This document shows, one piece after another, positions 29,434 through 39,380 of a DNA stretch of 64,000 bases. The position numbers and the translations under genes were made by a program. The notes below the pieces were generated by a model. It was not told the origin of the DNA, searched no databases, and worked only from the letters and a program-made list of their open reading frames with translations. This stretch comes from Oligoflexales bacterium (GTDB taxonomy: Bacteria; Bdellovibrionota_B; Oligoflexia; Oligoflexales; Bog-1112). How positions within the stretch are numbered: position 1 is the stretch's first letter; each line of letters starts with the position of its first letter. The stretch spans positions 32,001 through 96,000 of the forward strand of contig JBGCEP010000027.1 of NCBI GenBank assembly GCA_045106415.1. Direction: 5' to 3'.

Positions 29434-30968
29434 GGCGATATATTCTATATGTTGGATCTGAGGAACAATTGCAGCTCACACGTGCAAGTTTATCACGGCT
29501 CGGAGCTCATCCTCACCAAGACTCTGAAGTCAAAAATGATGGCTTTCAACTCAAACATAAACAGCTCCCTAATTTAGAACTCATCATTCACCTCCACAAC
29601 GAAAACTCAAGTATTTCAGCTCATCTTCAAAAAAATCCAATTGATCTCATGATTTATGATGAGCGCAAAGGTTTCGAAGCCATTCAAGCACTTCATAAAA
29701 TACGTGATGACATACTCAACTTATCTCGATTATGGGGACCTGATTTTCAACTGCCCATGGGCCGCATTTTAGCCATATTAGAAGACACTCCAGACTCTGC
29801 ACATCGATCTTTTGTATTAGGCCGAGATCACGTCAGAGATGTTATCGCCGGGCCTAAAAGCATGACCCCTATTCTTTTATGGATAGCTCGTATTTTCCAA
29901 AATGACTTAAAGCCAGAGGAAAACAAAGTTGGTTTAGCGCTAAGTGGCGGTGGTGTGGAAGGGTTTCTTTTTCAAGTCGGCTGTTTATACGCACTCTCAC
30001 AATCATTAAAAGAAAGGTCTATTACCCATCAAATTGACTTTTCATCAGGGATGAGCGCAGGGTCCATTCTTACAACACTGCTTGGTGCGGGATTACCAAT
30101 AGAAGAAGTCGTTAAATCTATTCGAGGCCAGCCTTCTCTACTTCCACCCTTACGGGGAAAAGATCTTTATGATATCGCTGGAAAAAATATTGCAAAACAT
30201 GTTTTTAAAAATACCTTCGGCCGTCAATCACTTCAATTATCACAGTGGCCAAACAAAGCATTTCAATCAATACCAACAGGATTATTTGAAGGAAATGTTA
30301 TACGAAAATATATCCAACAAACGCTACAAAAACTCGGCTGTGAAGACAGCTTTCACCTTCTTAAGAACCCCTGTTTTGTTGGAGCTACAGATCACGATAC
30401 ATTTGAACATACTGTTTTTGGCTTAGACCCTTGGATGGACGTTCCTGTTTCTGAAGCGGTCAGAGCATCTTGTGCGATCCCTCCTTTTTTCACTCCTGTC
30501 TCTCTTGGTGGTCGATTTTTCATTGATGGACAAATCACAAAAACATGTAATTTAGAGTTACTTGTCCGCCAAGGGTGTCGACTTATTCTTATCGTTGATC
30601 CTGTTCAACCATACACACATATTGAAGCAGGAACGACCGAACGCCAAGGAGGCGGCTTCTCTCTTATTCAAACAATAAAAACCCTCATCTATACCCGTTT
30701 TCAACAAACTCTTATTCACCTTACAGAGCGTTACCCTGATGTTGACTTTGTTGTTTTTCAGCCTTGGGAAGAGTGCGCAGAACTTATGTCTGGATCTCCA
30801 ATGAAGTATCGTTTGCAGCAAAAACTTGTCGACTTCGCATACCAAGGTACACTCCGAAGGTTACGCGAAAGACATCATGTTTATCATGAAAAATTTTCAA
30901 AATACTCATTTTCCCTCATTGATCAACAATCTCTTCTTGAAACAGAGCGAAAAGGTATCCTTTTATGA
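29430..30968 (+). CDS. Patatin-like phospholipase with N-terminal receiver-like domain
   Basis: ALSGGG, GMSAG nucleophile, 'AVRASCAIP..F.P', 'IDG'; N-terminal 'PIDLMIYDE'. Confidence 0.8.
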   Translation: MRRYILYVGSEEQLQLTRASLSRLGAHPHQDSEVKNDGFQLKHKQLPNLELIIHLHNENSSISAHLQKNPIDLMIYDERKGFEAIQALHKIRDDILNLSRLWGPDFQLPMGRILAILEDTPDSAHRSFVLGRDHVRDVIAGPKSMTPILLWIARIFQNDLKPEENKVGLALSGGGVEGFLFQVGCLYALSQSLKERSITHQIDFSSGMSAGSILTTLLGAGLPIEEVVKSIRGQPSLLPPLRGKDLYDIAGKNIAKHVFKNTFGRQSLQLSQWPNKAFQSIPTGLFEGNVIRKYIQQTLQKLGCEDSFHLLKNPCFVGATDHDTFEHTVFGLDPWMDVPVSEAVRASCAIPPFFTPVSLGGRFFIDGQITKTCNLELLVRQGCRLILIVDPVQPYTHIEAGTTERQGGGFSLIQTIKTLIYTRFQQTLIHLTERYPDVDFVVFQPWEECAELMSGSPMKYRLQQKLVDFAYQGTLRRLRERHHVYHEKFSKYSFSLIDQQSLLETERKGILL

Positions 30969-31603
30969 AGCATCACATCACAAAAGAAGATATTAAACTT
31001 TTTCAATACTGGCGTTCTTCTTGCTCATGGCGTGTTCGATGGGCTTTACGTTTAAAAGAAATCCCTCACGAAATTAATTCCGTGAACCTAAAAAATGGTG
31101 AACAAGAACAAAAAAAATGGTTAGAAAAACACCCTGGAGGGCTACTCCCTCAGCTTCACTACAAAGATAAAATTTTAAGTCAATCTCTTTCTATTCTTGA
31201 GTGGCTAGAAGAAACGCACCCTACTCCATCCTTACTTCCAAGAGACTCTCTAGAAAAACAAAAAGTAAGAGAACTTTGCCATATTATTGCTTGTGATACT
31301 CAACCTCTACAAAATCTCCGAGTTTTAAAAAAATCACACGATCAAAAAAAACATGCTTATACATGGATACATAAAGGTCTTACAGTATTCGAATATTCAC
31401 GGGATAAAAAAGATTATTTTTGTTATGGAAATCAAATAACAATGGCAGATCTTTGCTTTGTGCCACAGTGGTATAATGCCCTAAGATTCGATATAAAAAA
31501 AGAAGATTTCCCATTATTGCACGACATTTATATCCGTTGTTTAAAAACAGAACCATGCTTTTTATCTTCACCTCAAGAACAACCCGACGCTATGAGTTCA
31601 TGA
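30965..31603 (+). CDS. maiA: Maleylacetoacetate isomerase (zeta-class GST)
   Basis: 'YWRSSCSWRVR.AL.LK', 'QSL.I.E.LEE', 'D.QPLQNLRVL', 'QPDA'. Confidence 0.9.
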   Translation: MKHHITKEDIKLFQYWRSSCSWRVRWALRLKEIPHEINSVNLKNGEQEQKKWLEKHPGGLLPQLHYKDKILSQSLSILEWLEETHPTPSLLPRDSLEKQKVRELCHIIACDTQPLQNLRVLKKSHDQKKHAYTWIHKGLTVFEYSRDKKDYFCYGNQITMADLCFVPQWYNALRFDIKKEDFPLLHDIYIRCLKTEPCFLSSPQEQPDAMSS

Positions 31604-33356
31604 TCTTATCAAAAACGCTTCGAATATCTTGTATACTAACCGGCTTTGTTAAAAAATCATCCATCCCTGACTCAAAGCACTTCTGCTTGTTTTCATCAAG
31701 AGCATGTGCGGTTAAAGCAATAATTTGAGATTGGCAGCCTTGTTCTCTTAATTTTTGAGTTGCTTCATACCCATCCATTATTGGCATAAAACAATCCATA
31801 AAGATAACGTCGGCCTGGTTGCTGTTATAAATAGAAATAGCCTCTTCACCGTTCGCCGCAGTTAAAGCCTCAATATGCAAAGATTTAAGTATTTTAACCA
31901 TAATTTTCCGATTAACCATCTCATCATCCACCACAATAACTTTATTCATAGGGGTTCCTTTCAACTCAGAAGAACTACGACTTCTACGAATATCATTCAT
32001 GCTCTGATTTATAATGTCAGACAATAGTATTTGAGAATGAAAATTCTGAATACAAATTTTTTCTATATCGATAGCATCATTAGGATCATGATTTTCATGA
32101 CATAATACAAAAAGATCTTGCTTACTCTGATCTATGTTTTTTAATTCCGTACACCTTGTCTTTAAGCCTAAAGACTGAAGTTGTTTTTCCATAATACTTA
32201 ACGCTGAATCTTTCATTCTATATTTCACCTGAATAGAGTCAATATCAAATGAATCCTCAAAATCTTCAAATAAAAAACTAGGTTGAACTGTAAACCAGAA
32301 AAGAGAACCTTTTCCTCGACGAGAGCTCATTCCACATTTCCCACCTAAAAGTTCTGCTGTTTTTTTACATCTAATCAAACCCAGACCTGTTCCTCGAAAA
32401 GATTCTTTATCATGCTTTATTTGTGAGAATGGATGGAAAAGTTTTTTCTGATTTTCACTAGAAATCCCACACCCGGTATCTTCAACCCCTATATAAAGTT
32501 GCTTTGCTTGATTCATATTGACTTCAACCGTAATAAAACCTGATTCTGTGAACTTAGATGCATTACACAATAAATGATGAATATTTTGCTGTACTTTATT
32601 ACGATCTATCATCACTGTTTTAGGTACTTTTTTATTCACAATATCTGCACATATAATTTTAGAATCTATGGTTCTAGAAAAATTCATAACCACATTTCTA
32701 ATAAAATCTCGAATCAAAACTTGTTCTTCATTCACTTTCACTTCATTTGATTCAATTCTAGAGATTTCAGAAATATTATTCATAATATGTAAAATTCTTT
32801 CTGCACCTCCTTGAATCGTTGCTAGCATTTTCCTCTGCTCACAATTTTCAACTCTATCCTCTAATAAACTTGACATACCCGTAATTGCATTTAACGGTGT
32901 TCTAATTTCATGACTAAATTGAGCTAAAAACTCGCTCCTTTTTTTCTCTGATGCTTTAATTTCCTTCAACACAGAAGCTCTTTCTATAGCAAAAGAAATC
33001 ACCTTATTTAAAAAATAACTACTATCTAATTCAGATTTTAAGACAAAATCTTGAGCTCCTTCACGGATAGAAATAACCGATAAATGAGATTTACTTTCAT
33101 CACTTAATACGATTATTGGAATGTTTGAGAACTCTCGAAAAATAAGGTTAAAGCATTCTAAACCTTGATTTTTTTCTGTATCTAAATCGCACAAAATGAC
33201 ATCAATATCTTTATAGTCCAGCATAGTCAAAGCATCTCTAACCTTATCTACTTGATAAAGCCTGAAAAGGTCACATAATAAAGATTGCTCAATATTTTTT
33301 ATACTGCGCGCTTGATCGCTGAGCAATAATACATGAGTGCTTTTCTTATTCGCCAC
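31590..33356 (-). CDS. Cytoplasmic hybrid histidine kinase (REC-HisKA-HATPase-REC)
   Basis: H-box FSHEIRTPLN, N-box NASKFT, DTGCGI, GTGLGL; REC domains at both ends; GTG 33356 with gagggg RBS. Confidence 0.9.
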   Translation of the reverse strand: MANKKSTHVLLLSDQARSIKNIEQSLLCDLFRLYQVDKVRDALTMLDYKDIDVILCDLDTEKNQGLECFNLIFREFSNIPIIVLSDESKSHLSVISIREGAQDFVLKSELDSSYFLNKVISFAIERASVLKEIKASEKKRSEFLAQFSHEIRTPLNAITGMSSLLEDRVENCEQRKMLATIQGGAERILHIMNNISEISRIESNEVKVNEEQVLIRDFIRNVVMNFSRTIDSKIICADIVNKKVPKTVMIDRNKVQQNIHHLLCNASKFTESGFITVEVNMNQAKQLYIGVEDTGCGISSENQKKLFHPFSQIKHDKESFRGTGLGLIRCKKTAELLGGKCGMSSRRGKGSLFWFTVQPSFLFEDFEDSFDIDSIQVKYRMKDSALSIMEKQLQSLGLKTRCTELKNIDQSKQDLFVLCHENHDPNDAIDIEKICIQNFHSQILLSDIINQSMNDIRRSRSSSELKGTPMNKVIVVDDEMVNRKIMVKILKSLHIEALTAANGEEAISIYNSNQADVIFMDCFMPIMDGYEATQKLREQGCQSQIIALTAHALDENKQKCFESGMDDFLTKPVSIQDIRSVFDKIMNS

Positions 33357-33366
33357 AACAAACCCC

Positions 33367-33720
33367 TCATCGACGCCATTCAGATTGCAACTGAACCTTT
33401 GTTTCTTTAAATACATTCTGTACGTTAAATTCTATTTTATTAGCTTCTCCACTTTCTGCTCCTTGATTTTCAATATCTGCAAAAATACACTGCAGATCAA
33501 CAGCTCCAATATTTGCGCAAAGACCCTTGAGGCGATGAGCATAATATTGGATTTTTCGTTCATCATTCGCAGAAATAGATTGATATAACTCTTGAAAAAG
33601 AGGGGGGCTTGTATCTAAAAAAATATCAATAACTTCATTTAAAAACGAATTTTCTCCATCGTCTTCATCATTAAGTAAAGATAAATTATTAAGTACATTA
33701 TCATCTAAAACATTTTTCAT
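33367..33720 (-). CDS. Hpt phosphotransfer protein
   Basis: 'AHRLKGLCANIGA' Hpt motif. Confidence 0.9.
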   Translation of the reverse strand: MKNVLDDNVLNNLSLLNDEDDGENSFLNEVIDIFLDTSPPLFQELYQSISANDERKIQYYAHRLKGLCANIGAVDLQCIFADIENQGAESGEANKIEFNVQNVFKETKVQLQSEWRR

Positions 33721-34424
33721 TATCCAACCCCTTCTTCTATTGACAAATAAAGGCCCTTGTTCCTTTGACTATTTAAGACAACTCGACTTCCAGAATCCGC
33801 AAGAATTCTTCTCAATGAGCTCACTTGCCTATCTAAATTATTATCTGTAACATGGTTAATCCCCCATAACTTTTTTCTCAAAAAATCCCTATCAACAAGC
33901 ATGCCTTTTGCTTGCATTAAAGCTTCCAGTAAATTTACTGACATTGGTGACAGTGGTTGAGATTGAGATTGAGAAAAAATAGTCCGACGAGAAACATCCA
34001 ACGTAATATCAAAGAGCTTCACAAGATTTTTTTTCTTTTTTTCTTCTAGTTCTTTTGCTCTAATTTGAAAACGCGTTCTTATCTCTAAAGGGTTTAAAGG
34101 TTTCTTTAAAAAATCATCAGCCCCAAGGCCCAAAGAGTGACTTAAAATTTCAACATCATCACTAGCCGTCATGACTAAAAGAGGAACATATGGCCACCTC
34201 TTTCTTAAATCTGGTATAACATCATACCCTTTCGTGTTACCTGATAAGTGAACATCAATAAAACATCCGAGTGGTTGTAGCATACTTGATTTTTTACAAA
34301 GACCTTCTAGAGAGGAAAATGGCAATGAAGTCACTTGAGTTGATTTTTGTATAATTTTATAGACAAGTGGATCATCATCTAAAGTTATAGTGTATATTTT
34401 TTCCATCATCTTAGGCCCTAACAC
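33720..34424 (-). CDS. OmpR/PhoB-family response regulator
   Basis: REC (LDDD, FIDVHL, MTA, GADDFLKKP) plus winged helix 'LWG....DNNLDRQVSSLRR.L'. Confidence 0.88.
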   Translation of the reverse strand: MLGPKMMEKIYTITLDDDPLVYKIIQKSTQVTSLPFSSLEGLCKKSSMLQPLGCFIDVHLSGNTKGYDVIPDLRKRWPYVPLLVMTASDDVEILSHSLGLGADDFLKKPLNPLEIRTRFQIRAKELEEKKKKNLVKLFDITLDVSRRTIFSQSQSQPLSPMSVNLLEALMQAKGMLVDRDFLRKKLWGINHVTDNNLDRQVSSLRRILADSGSRVVLNSQRNKGLYLSIEEGVG

Positions 34425-34425
34425 A

Positions 34426-34878
34426 TCAAGAAATTAAAGGATTTTTCGTTAAGTATTTTGAAAGGTTTCCTTTATAATGAGCTGTGTGTTTTTGAACCTC
34501 CCAAACCACAGCTTGATAACCAATCGACTTAGGAAGAAATTTTCTCACACAACTTGGTAGTGCTCTTTTTTTATCTAAATCTGACTCGCTTACAATAATG
34601 ACAGGGAGCTGAAAATCTAGAGCATCAATATAATCTGCAATTTCAATACCGTTGACACAACTCACACCTAAATTGATATCAATAATAGCCCCATCATATT
34701 TTCCTATAGCTCCTACAGATCCAAGATCTTCTAAAGACTGAAACCAATCAAGACTCAACCCTTCTTGCTTTGCAACTCTGTCAATAATTGTTGAATAAAC
34801 AGGATCATCATCGACTAATAAAATTCTTTTCGGTTTTATCTCACTCGTCACATCTAAGCTCTTATCTTCCATGATCAC
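34426..34878 (-). CDS. Single-domain response regulator
   Basis: LLVDDD, AIIDINLG, NGIE, 'IIVS', K conserved. Confidence 0.85.
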   Translation of the reverse strand: MIMEDKSLDVTSEIKPKRILLVDDDPVYSTIIDRVAKQEGLSLDWFQSLEDLGSVGAIGKYDGAIIDINLGVSCVNGIEIADYIDALDFQLPVIIVSESDLDKKRALPSCVRKFLPKSIGYQAVVWEVQKHTAHYKGNLSKYLTKNPLIS

Positions 34879-34899
34879 CTCCTAAAAAATCACAGCGAC

Positions 34900-35430
34900 C
34901 TAATGCTGATCTGAAACTTTTTTATCAATTTTTTCATGAATTTTAGATATATCAAAAGCTTCAAAAACCGCCTCCAAAACAGCGTACGGCCCTAGATCTT
35001 TATGTACAAACTCTCTAATCATAGTTGGCCATTGTTTTGTTTCTTTTTGTTCAGATTGACTCACTAAAATGACAGGGATATCGATATTTGATAATGACTC
35101 GAGGTAGTGAGCCATTTCAAACCCCGTTACAGAACCCAAATCATAGTCAATCACAGCAACATCAAAATCTTGATCTTTTGGAAATTCTTCTACTGTTGAA
35201 ATATAAGTTAAAAAAACAGAGTTCTGTGATGCAACTCGCTGCATAATGCGTCCATAAACCGGATCATCATCAACAAGTAAGACATGCGGAGCCTCTTTGA
35301 GACGACAGGCCAAATTAAGCTCTTCACGATCACTACTGGATCGGTCACGATAAAAGCTTAAACTCTTCTCTTCCCTCACAGGCTCTGACCCTGCGCCAAT
35401 AAGACTTGCGTAGAAAGATGAACCTTTCAT
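34900..35430 (-). CDS. Single-domain response regulator with N-terminal extension
   Basis: LLVDDD, AVIDYDLG, TGFE, 'ILVS', K conserved; RBS aggagg. Confidence 0.85.
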   Translation of the reverse strand: MKGSSFYASLIGAGSEPVREEKSLSFYRDRSSSDREELNLACRLKEAPHVLLVDDDPVYGRIMQRVASQNSVFLTYISTVEEFPKDQDFDVAVIDYDLGSVTGFEMAHYLESLSNIDIPVILVSQSEQKETKQWPTMIREFVHKDLGPYAVLEAVFEAFDISKIHEKIDKKVSDQH

Positions 35431-35951
35431 ATAAAGACCTCCTTGAGATACTGAAAACCAGCTGAAGTCACCGCGACCCAGCAGGCCTTTGATGTTTCGA
35501 CAATTAAAGATATAAAGTTTAGCTAATACAGTGATTTATAAAACAGGACGAAACGTAACAACTATGATAAGTTCTTCAAAAGAAACAAGAAAAAATAAAA
35601 TAAAAAAATAAACCTGAACATATTTTCAGGTTCTTTAGGAAACAAAAAAAAATTCCATGACTCAATATTGGTAGAAATTCATCATTCTTCTAAAAAAATT
35701 CCTCTTCTCCAATGCGCATGACCTCAGATAAGACGATAAAAAATGCAAAAAGATTTCTCAAAAAAAATCCCTGAACAGAAAATGCTTAGACTGTTCTCCA
35801 CTTATAAATAAAATTTACGACAGAAAATACGTCATGAACTCTCTAGCTAAGCATACTCACTCATATGCGATTATTGTAATAAATATGAGAAGATAAATAA
35901 AAAGGATTCAATTTTAAAACACGATGTTTTTAAAATAATTAATTAATTTTT

Positions 35952-37400
35952 TTACTGACTTTCTGGTAAATTTTGTTTAGTTTTTTTCTTAGGTTTCCCG
36001 ATTACTCCGTTCGGAAAAAGTTTATTTAAAGCATTAAATGCTGCAATTTTATAACCTTCTGCTAATGTTGGGTAATTGTAAACCATATTCACCATATCTT
36101 GCGCCACGCCATCTTTAAGCATAAATGCTAAGCCAATATGGATAAGATTACAGGCATCAGCCCCAACAATGTGAATCCCCAGCAAACGGCAAGTTTCTTC
36201 TTCAACAAGTATTTTTAAAAGGCCATGAGAATCACCTCTGATATACCCTCTTGCAATTTCACCGTAAGTTGCCCGACCCACAACATACGAAATGCCTGCT
36301 TGTTTCGCTTCACTTTCCGTCATACCGACCATGGAAAGTTCAGGTATTGTGTAAACACCAACAGGAAAAAGTTTAGGAAAAGTGTCGAGTTTCACACCGA
36401 AAGCATGACAAGCCATATGCCTTCCTTGTTGAAAAGACGTCGCAGCTAAGGCTGGCGGACCAATGGCATCACCAGCGGCGTAAATATTAGGAATTTTTGT
36501 TTGAAAAGCGTCATTCACTTCAATTGCACCACGATTATTCACATCAATTCCAACTTTTTCAAGCCCTAGCCTCTGACTACAAGACACTCGACCCGCTGCA
36601 AAAAACAAAACCTCTGAAGACAATATTTGGTCACCCACGTGGACAATAACCCTAGGGCCTTCAGTATCGACTTTATCCATTGCATGACCAAGAACAAATT
36701 CAATTCCTAATGATTCCATTGTTTTTTGAAGCTCACCCCCAACCTCAACATCCAGATATTGTAAAATTCTCGAGCGTGAATCAATAATAGTTACTTTGGT
36801 TCCAGCAGCAGCAAAAATACATGCATACTCACAACCAACAACTCCTGCACCATAAATCAAAAGCTCTTTAGGGACGGTTTCAAGATGTAAAATTTCATCA
36901 GAATCAACAACTCGCCAGCCATCAAAGGGAATGTCCTCTGGTCGCCTTGGCCTCGACCCTGTAGCTATAAGAGTATATTTCGCTTCAATGACATAAGGTT
37001 CTTCTTTCGATGGGATCACTCGAACACTATGCTGACTTTCAATTAATCCATAACCTTGGAGGATATCAATATTATTATTCTGTAAATGCTTATGAAGTAA
37101 TGATTCTTCTTGGGAAGCAACTTTTGCAGCTCGCCCGAGAAGCTTCGTTGCATTCAAATCCTCAACAATTCTTTGAACCCAAACCTCACCAACATGGCCA
37201 CGGATGCTATGAATTGTCGCAAGAGATTCACGTATGGTTTTTGAAGGCAGAGTTCCTGTATGAACCCAACATCCACCTATTTTTCCTGGCATTTTTTCAA
37301 TGACACAAGACTTTTTACCAAGCTTTGCTGCTTGCACAGCAGCATAAATCCCAGCTGGTCCACTGCCTATAACAACAAGGTCATAACTTTTGTTTTGCAT
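35952..37400 (-). CDS. sthA: Second soluble NAD(P)+ transhydrogenase-like flavoprotein
   Basis: GSGPAG..AA..AAKLG, 'GGCWVHTGTLPSKT.RE', 'DSD.IL', 'YNYPTLAEGYK.AA.NA.N'. Confidence 0.8.
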   Translation of the reverse strand: MQNKSYDLVVIGSGPAGIYAAVQAAKLGKKSCVIEKMPGKIGGCWVHTGTLPSKTIRESLATIHSIRGHVGEVWVQRIVEDLNATKLLGRAAKVASQEESLLHKHLQNNNIDILQGYGLIESQHSVRVIPSKEEPYVIEAKYTLIATGSRPRRPEDIPFDGWRVVDSDEILHLETVPKELLIYGAGVVGCEYACIFAAAGTKVTIIDSRSRILQYLDVEVGGELQKTMESLGIEFVLGHAMDKVDTEGPRVIVHVGDQILSSEVLFFAAGRVSCSQRLGLEKVGIDVNNRGAIEVNDAFQTKIPNIYAAGDAIGPPALAATSFQQGRHMACHAFGVKLDTFPKLFPVGVYTIPELSMVGMTESEAKQAGISYVVGRATYGEIARGYIRGDSHGLLKILVEEETCRLLGIHIVGADACNLIHIGLAFMLKDGVAQDMVNMVYNYPTLAEGYKIAAFNALNKLFPNGVIGKPKKKTKQNLPESQ

Positions 37401-37497
37401 ACAGCCTCCCTTCTTTAGTCATCGACGCAATGAAGGCTTCTCTTAAATTTATGAACAAAAACTGTGCTAGAATGATAAACACACCAACGCAGAGCTA

Positions 37498-38574
37498 ATG
37501 CCTATGAGACTTAGTCACATCTTCCAAAAAGGGCGGTCTCAAACTCCGCCACCTAAAACATACCGCCCTGGCCACCCTCTTTCCCACCGGAGAGAAGCAT
37601 GGCTCGCCGGCCTTCCTGCACATGTTGAGCTCAACCACTCAGTTCACGCCCCAACGATTATTGCTATCGGTGGAGGAAAAGGTGGTGTTGGGAAAAGCAT
37701 CTTAAGCTCAAATCTTGCTGCTCGTCTTGGGCAAGCCGGACACAAAGTTTTACTCACAGACCTTGATATTGGCGGTGCTAACCTGCACACATATTTCGGC
37801 ATTCCTATGCCTCAGAAAACTCTTGCTGATTATATTTTAATGGGCCAAGGCTCTTTATGGGATACCGTCATTCCAACAAACACCCCCAATGTACACCTTG
37901 CTCCTGGAGGGCGAGATGAATCTTGGTCTGACGCTTCAGATTTTGGGGCTGGGGCTTTCTTAGGTTTCTGGGACTCTATACTCAACGCAAAAGAAGAAAA
38001 AAACTTCGATTTCATTATCATTGACCTTGGAGCTGGAACTCAAAAACACACAATCGATTTTTTTACAGCTGCACATCTCGGTATTGTTACAGTTTTACCA
38101 GAGCCAACTTCGATAGAAAATGCCTACTCTTTCTTAAAAGCCACACTCTGGAGACTCATTGAAAATGCAGGTATTCGCATGCATTCATGCGCTGTTGCCG
38201 ATGAGCTCAAAGATCTTCTCTTTTCTCCAAACCCTAAAAATCTCAGTTCAAGTGTTGAACGCCTTAAATCACAAGCTCACAAACACCCAGAGCTCATCAA
38301 ACATATCTTCACAAGCTTAGAAGGTCGCAACATTGGGTTTATCGTAAATCAAATACGCACACAGCGAGATATTGACATAGGCAGATCCATGGAGACAGTC
38401 TGCCATACTTACTTTGGTTTTCAAACGACAGCTCTTGGATATTTAAACTATGACGACGCTGCCTGGAAATCCTTACGCAACCGCCGGTTACTAGTCACAG
38501 ACTTCCCACATGCTATTCTTGCAAGGCGTATCACAGAAGTTTCTGGAAAAGTTCTCTCAACCCTAGGCTATTAA
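37498..38574 (+). CDS. MinD/FlhG(FleN)-like P-loop ATPase
   Basis: Deviant Walker A GGKGGVGKS, 'D.D.GGANLH', 'DLGAG', 'PEPTSIENAY.F.K'. Confidence 0.85.
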   Translation: MPMRLSHIFQKGRSQTPPPKTYRPGHPLSHRREAWLAGLPAHVELNHSVHAPTIIAIGGGKGGVGKSILSSNLAARLGQAGHKVLLTDLDIGGANLHTYFGIPMPQKTLADYILMGQGSLWDTVIPTNTPNVHLAPGGRDESWSDASDFGAGAFLGFWDSILNAKEEKNFDFIIIDLGAGTQKHTIDFFTAAHLGIVTVLPEPTSIENAYSFLKATLWRLIENAGIRMHSCAVADELKDLLFSPNPKNLSSSVERLKSQAHKHPELIKHIFTSLEGRNIGFIVNQIRTQRDIDIGRSMETVCHTYFGFQTTALGYLNYDDAAWKSLRNRRLLVTDFPHAILARRITEVSGKVLSTLGY

Positions 38575-38588
38575 TATAAAGGGTATTC

Positions 38589-39380
38589 ATGTCAAACGTA
38601 GAAAAAGATTATTACTCCACTCTTGAAGTCGACATCAACGCAACTTTCGATGATATTCAAAAATCTTACCTCAAACTAAAAAACACTTACGTCAGCAGCA
38701 ACCAAGCCTTATATAGCTTGATGTCACCAGAAAGCATTCAAAGTATCGTTGAGCAGATCGATCAGGCCTATGAAGTTCTCAGCAACCCGGCAAGTCGCTC
38801 CAAATACCATGAAACCTTATCGCTTGACGAAGAAAACACACTCGAGCCTCAAGAAATTTGTGAGCAGCACAACACCCTAGATGAAAAGAGTCTCTCTGGC
38901 CCTCATGACATCATCGACTGGCTTCCAGACCCTATGAACGACACCATGAACCTCACAACCTTAAACTCTGAAGATCTCAAAGAGAATAGCAATCATGGCG
39001 TTCACAGCGAGAACTTTTCAACATCTATTTCATTCCCAAGAGAGCTCTTAGCTGTTTCAGAGCAGGCACAAGAAAAAAGCTCAGATATTCAGCGCATTCT
39101 TTCAGGTGAAGACCTCGCAGACGGCCGCACCTACCAAATGATTAGAGAGCAGCTTCTCATTTCGAAACAAGAAATCTTCGAGAAAACTCAAATATCAAAC
39201 TATTACATCAAATGCCTGGAAGAAAATGACTTTGACCTTCTTCCTCAAACAGTGTACCTAAAAGGGTTCTTAAAGGGTTACCTCAGTTATATTGGTATTC
39301 CTGATATTCAGACAACCGTTCATGCTTATCTATCGAGATTTCAAATTTGGTGGGACAACAAAAACGCTCTTGGTTCATAG
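38589..39380 (+). CDS. J-domain-like (no HPD) plus RodZ-type helix-turn-helix protein
   Basis: 'DYY.TLEV..NA...DI.K.Y', 'I..AYEVLS.P..R..Y'; C-terminal 'TQIS..YI..LEE.DF..LP..VYLKGFL..Y'. Confidence 0.75.
   Translation: MSNVEKDYYSTLEVDINATFDDIQKSYLKLKNTYVSSNQALYSLMSPESIQSIVEQIDQAYEVLSNPASRSKYHETLSLDEENTLEPQEICEQHNTLDEKSLSGPHDIIDWLPDPMNDTMNLTTLNSEDLKENSNHGVHSENFSTSISFPRELLAVSEQAQEKSSDIQRILSGEDLADGRTYQMIREQLLISKQEIFEKTQISNYYIKCLEENDFDLLPQTVYLKGFLKGYLSYIGIPDIQTTVHAYLSRFQIWWDNKNALGS

Noticed and set aside
35431..35951. Possible riboswitch or sRNA upstream of the phosphorelay operon
   Set aside because: No c-di-GMP-I/II or other riboswitch consensus recognisable; mostly A/T tracts. An Rfam/Infernal scan would settle it.
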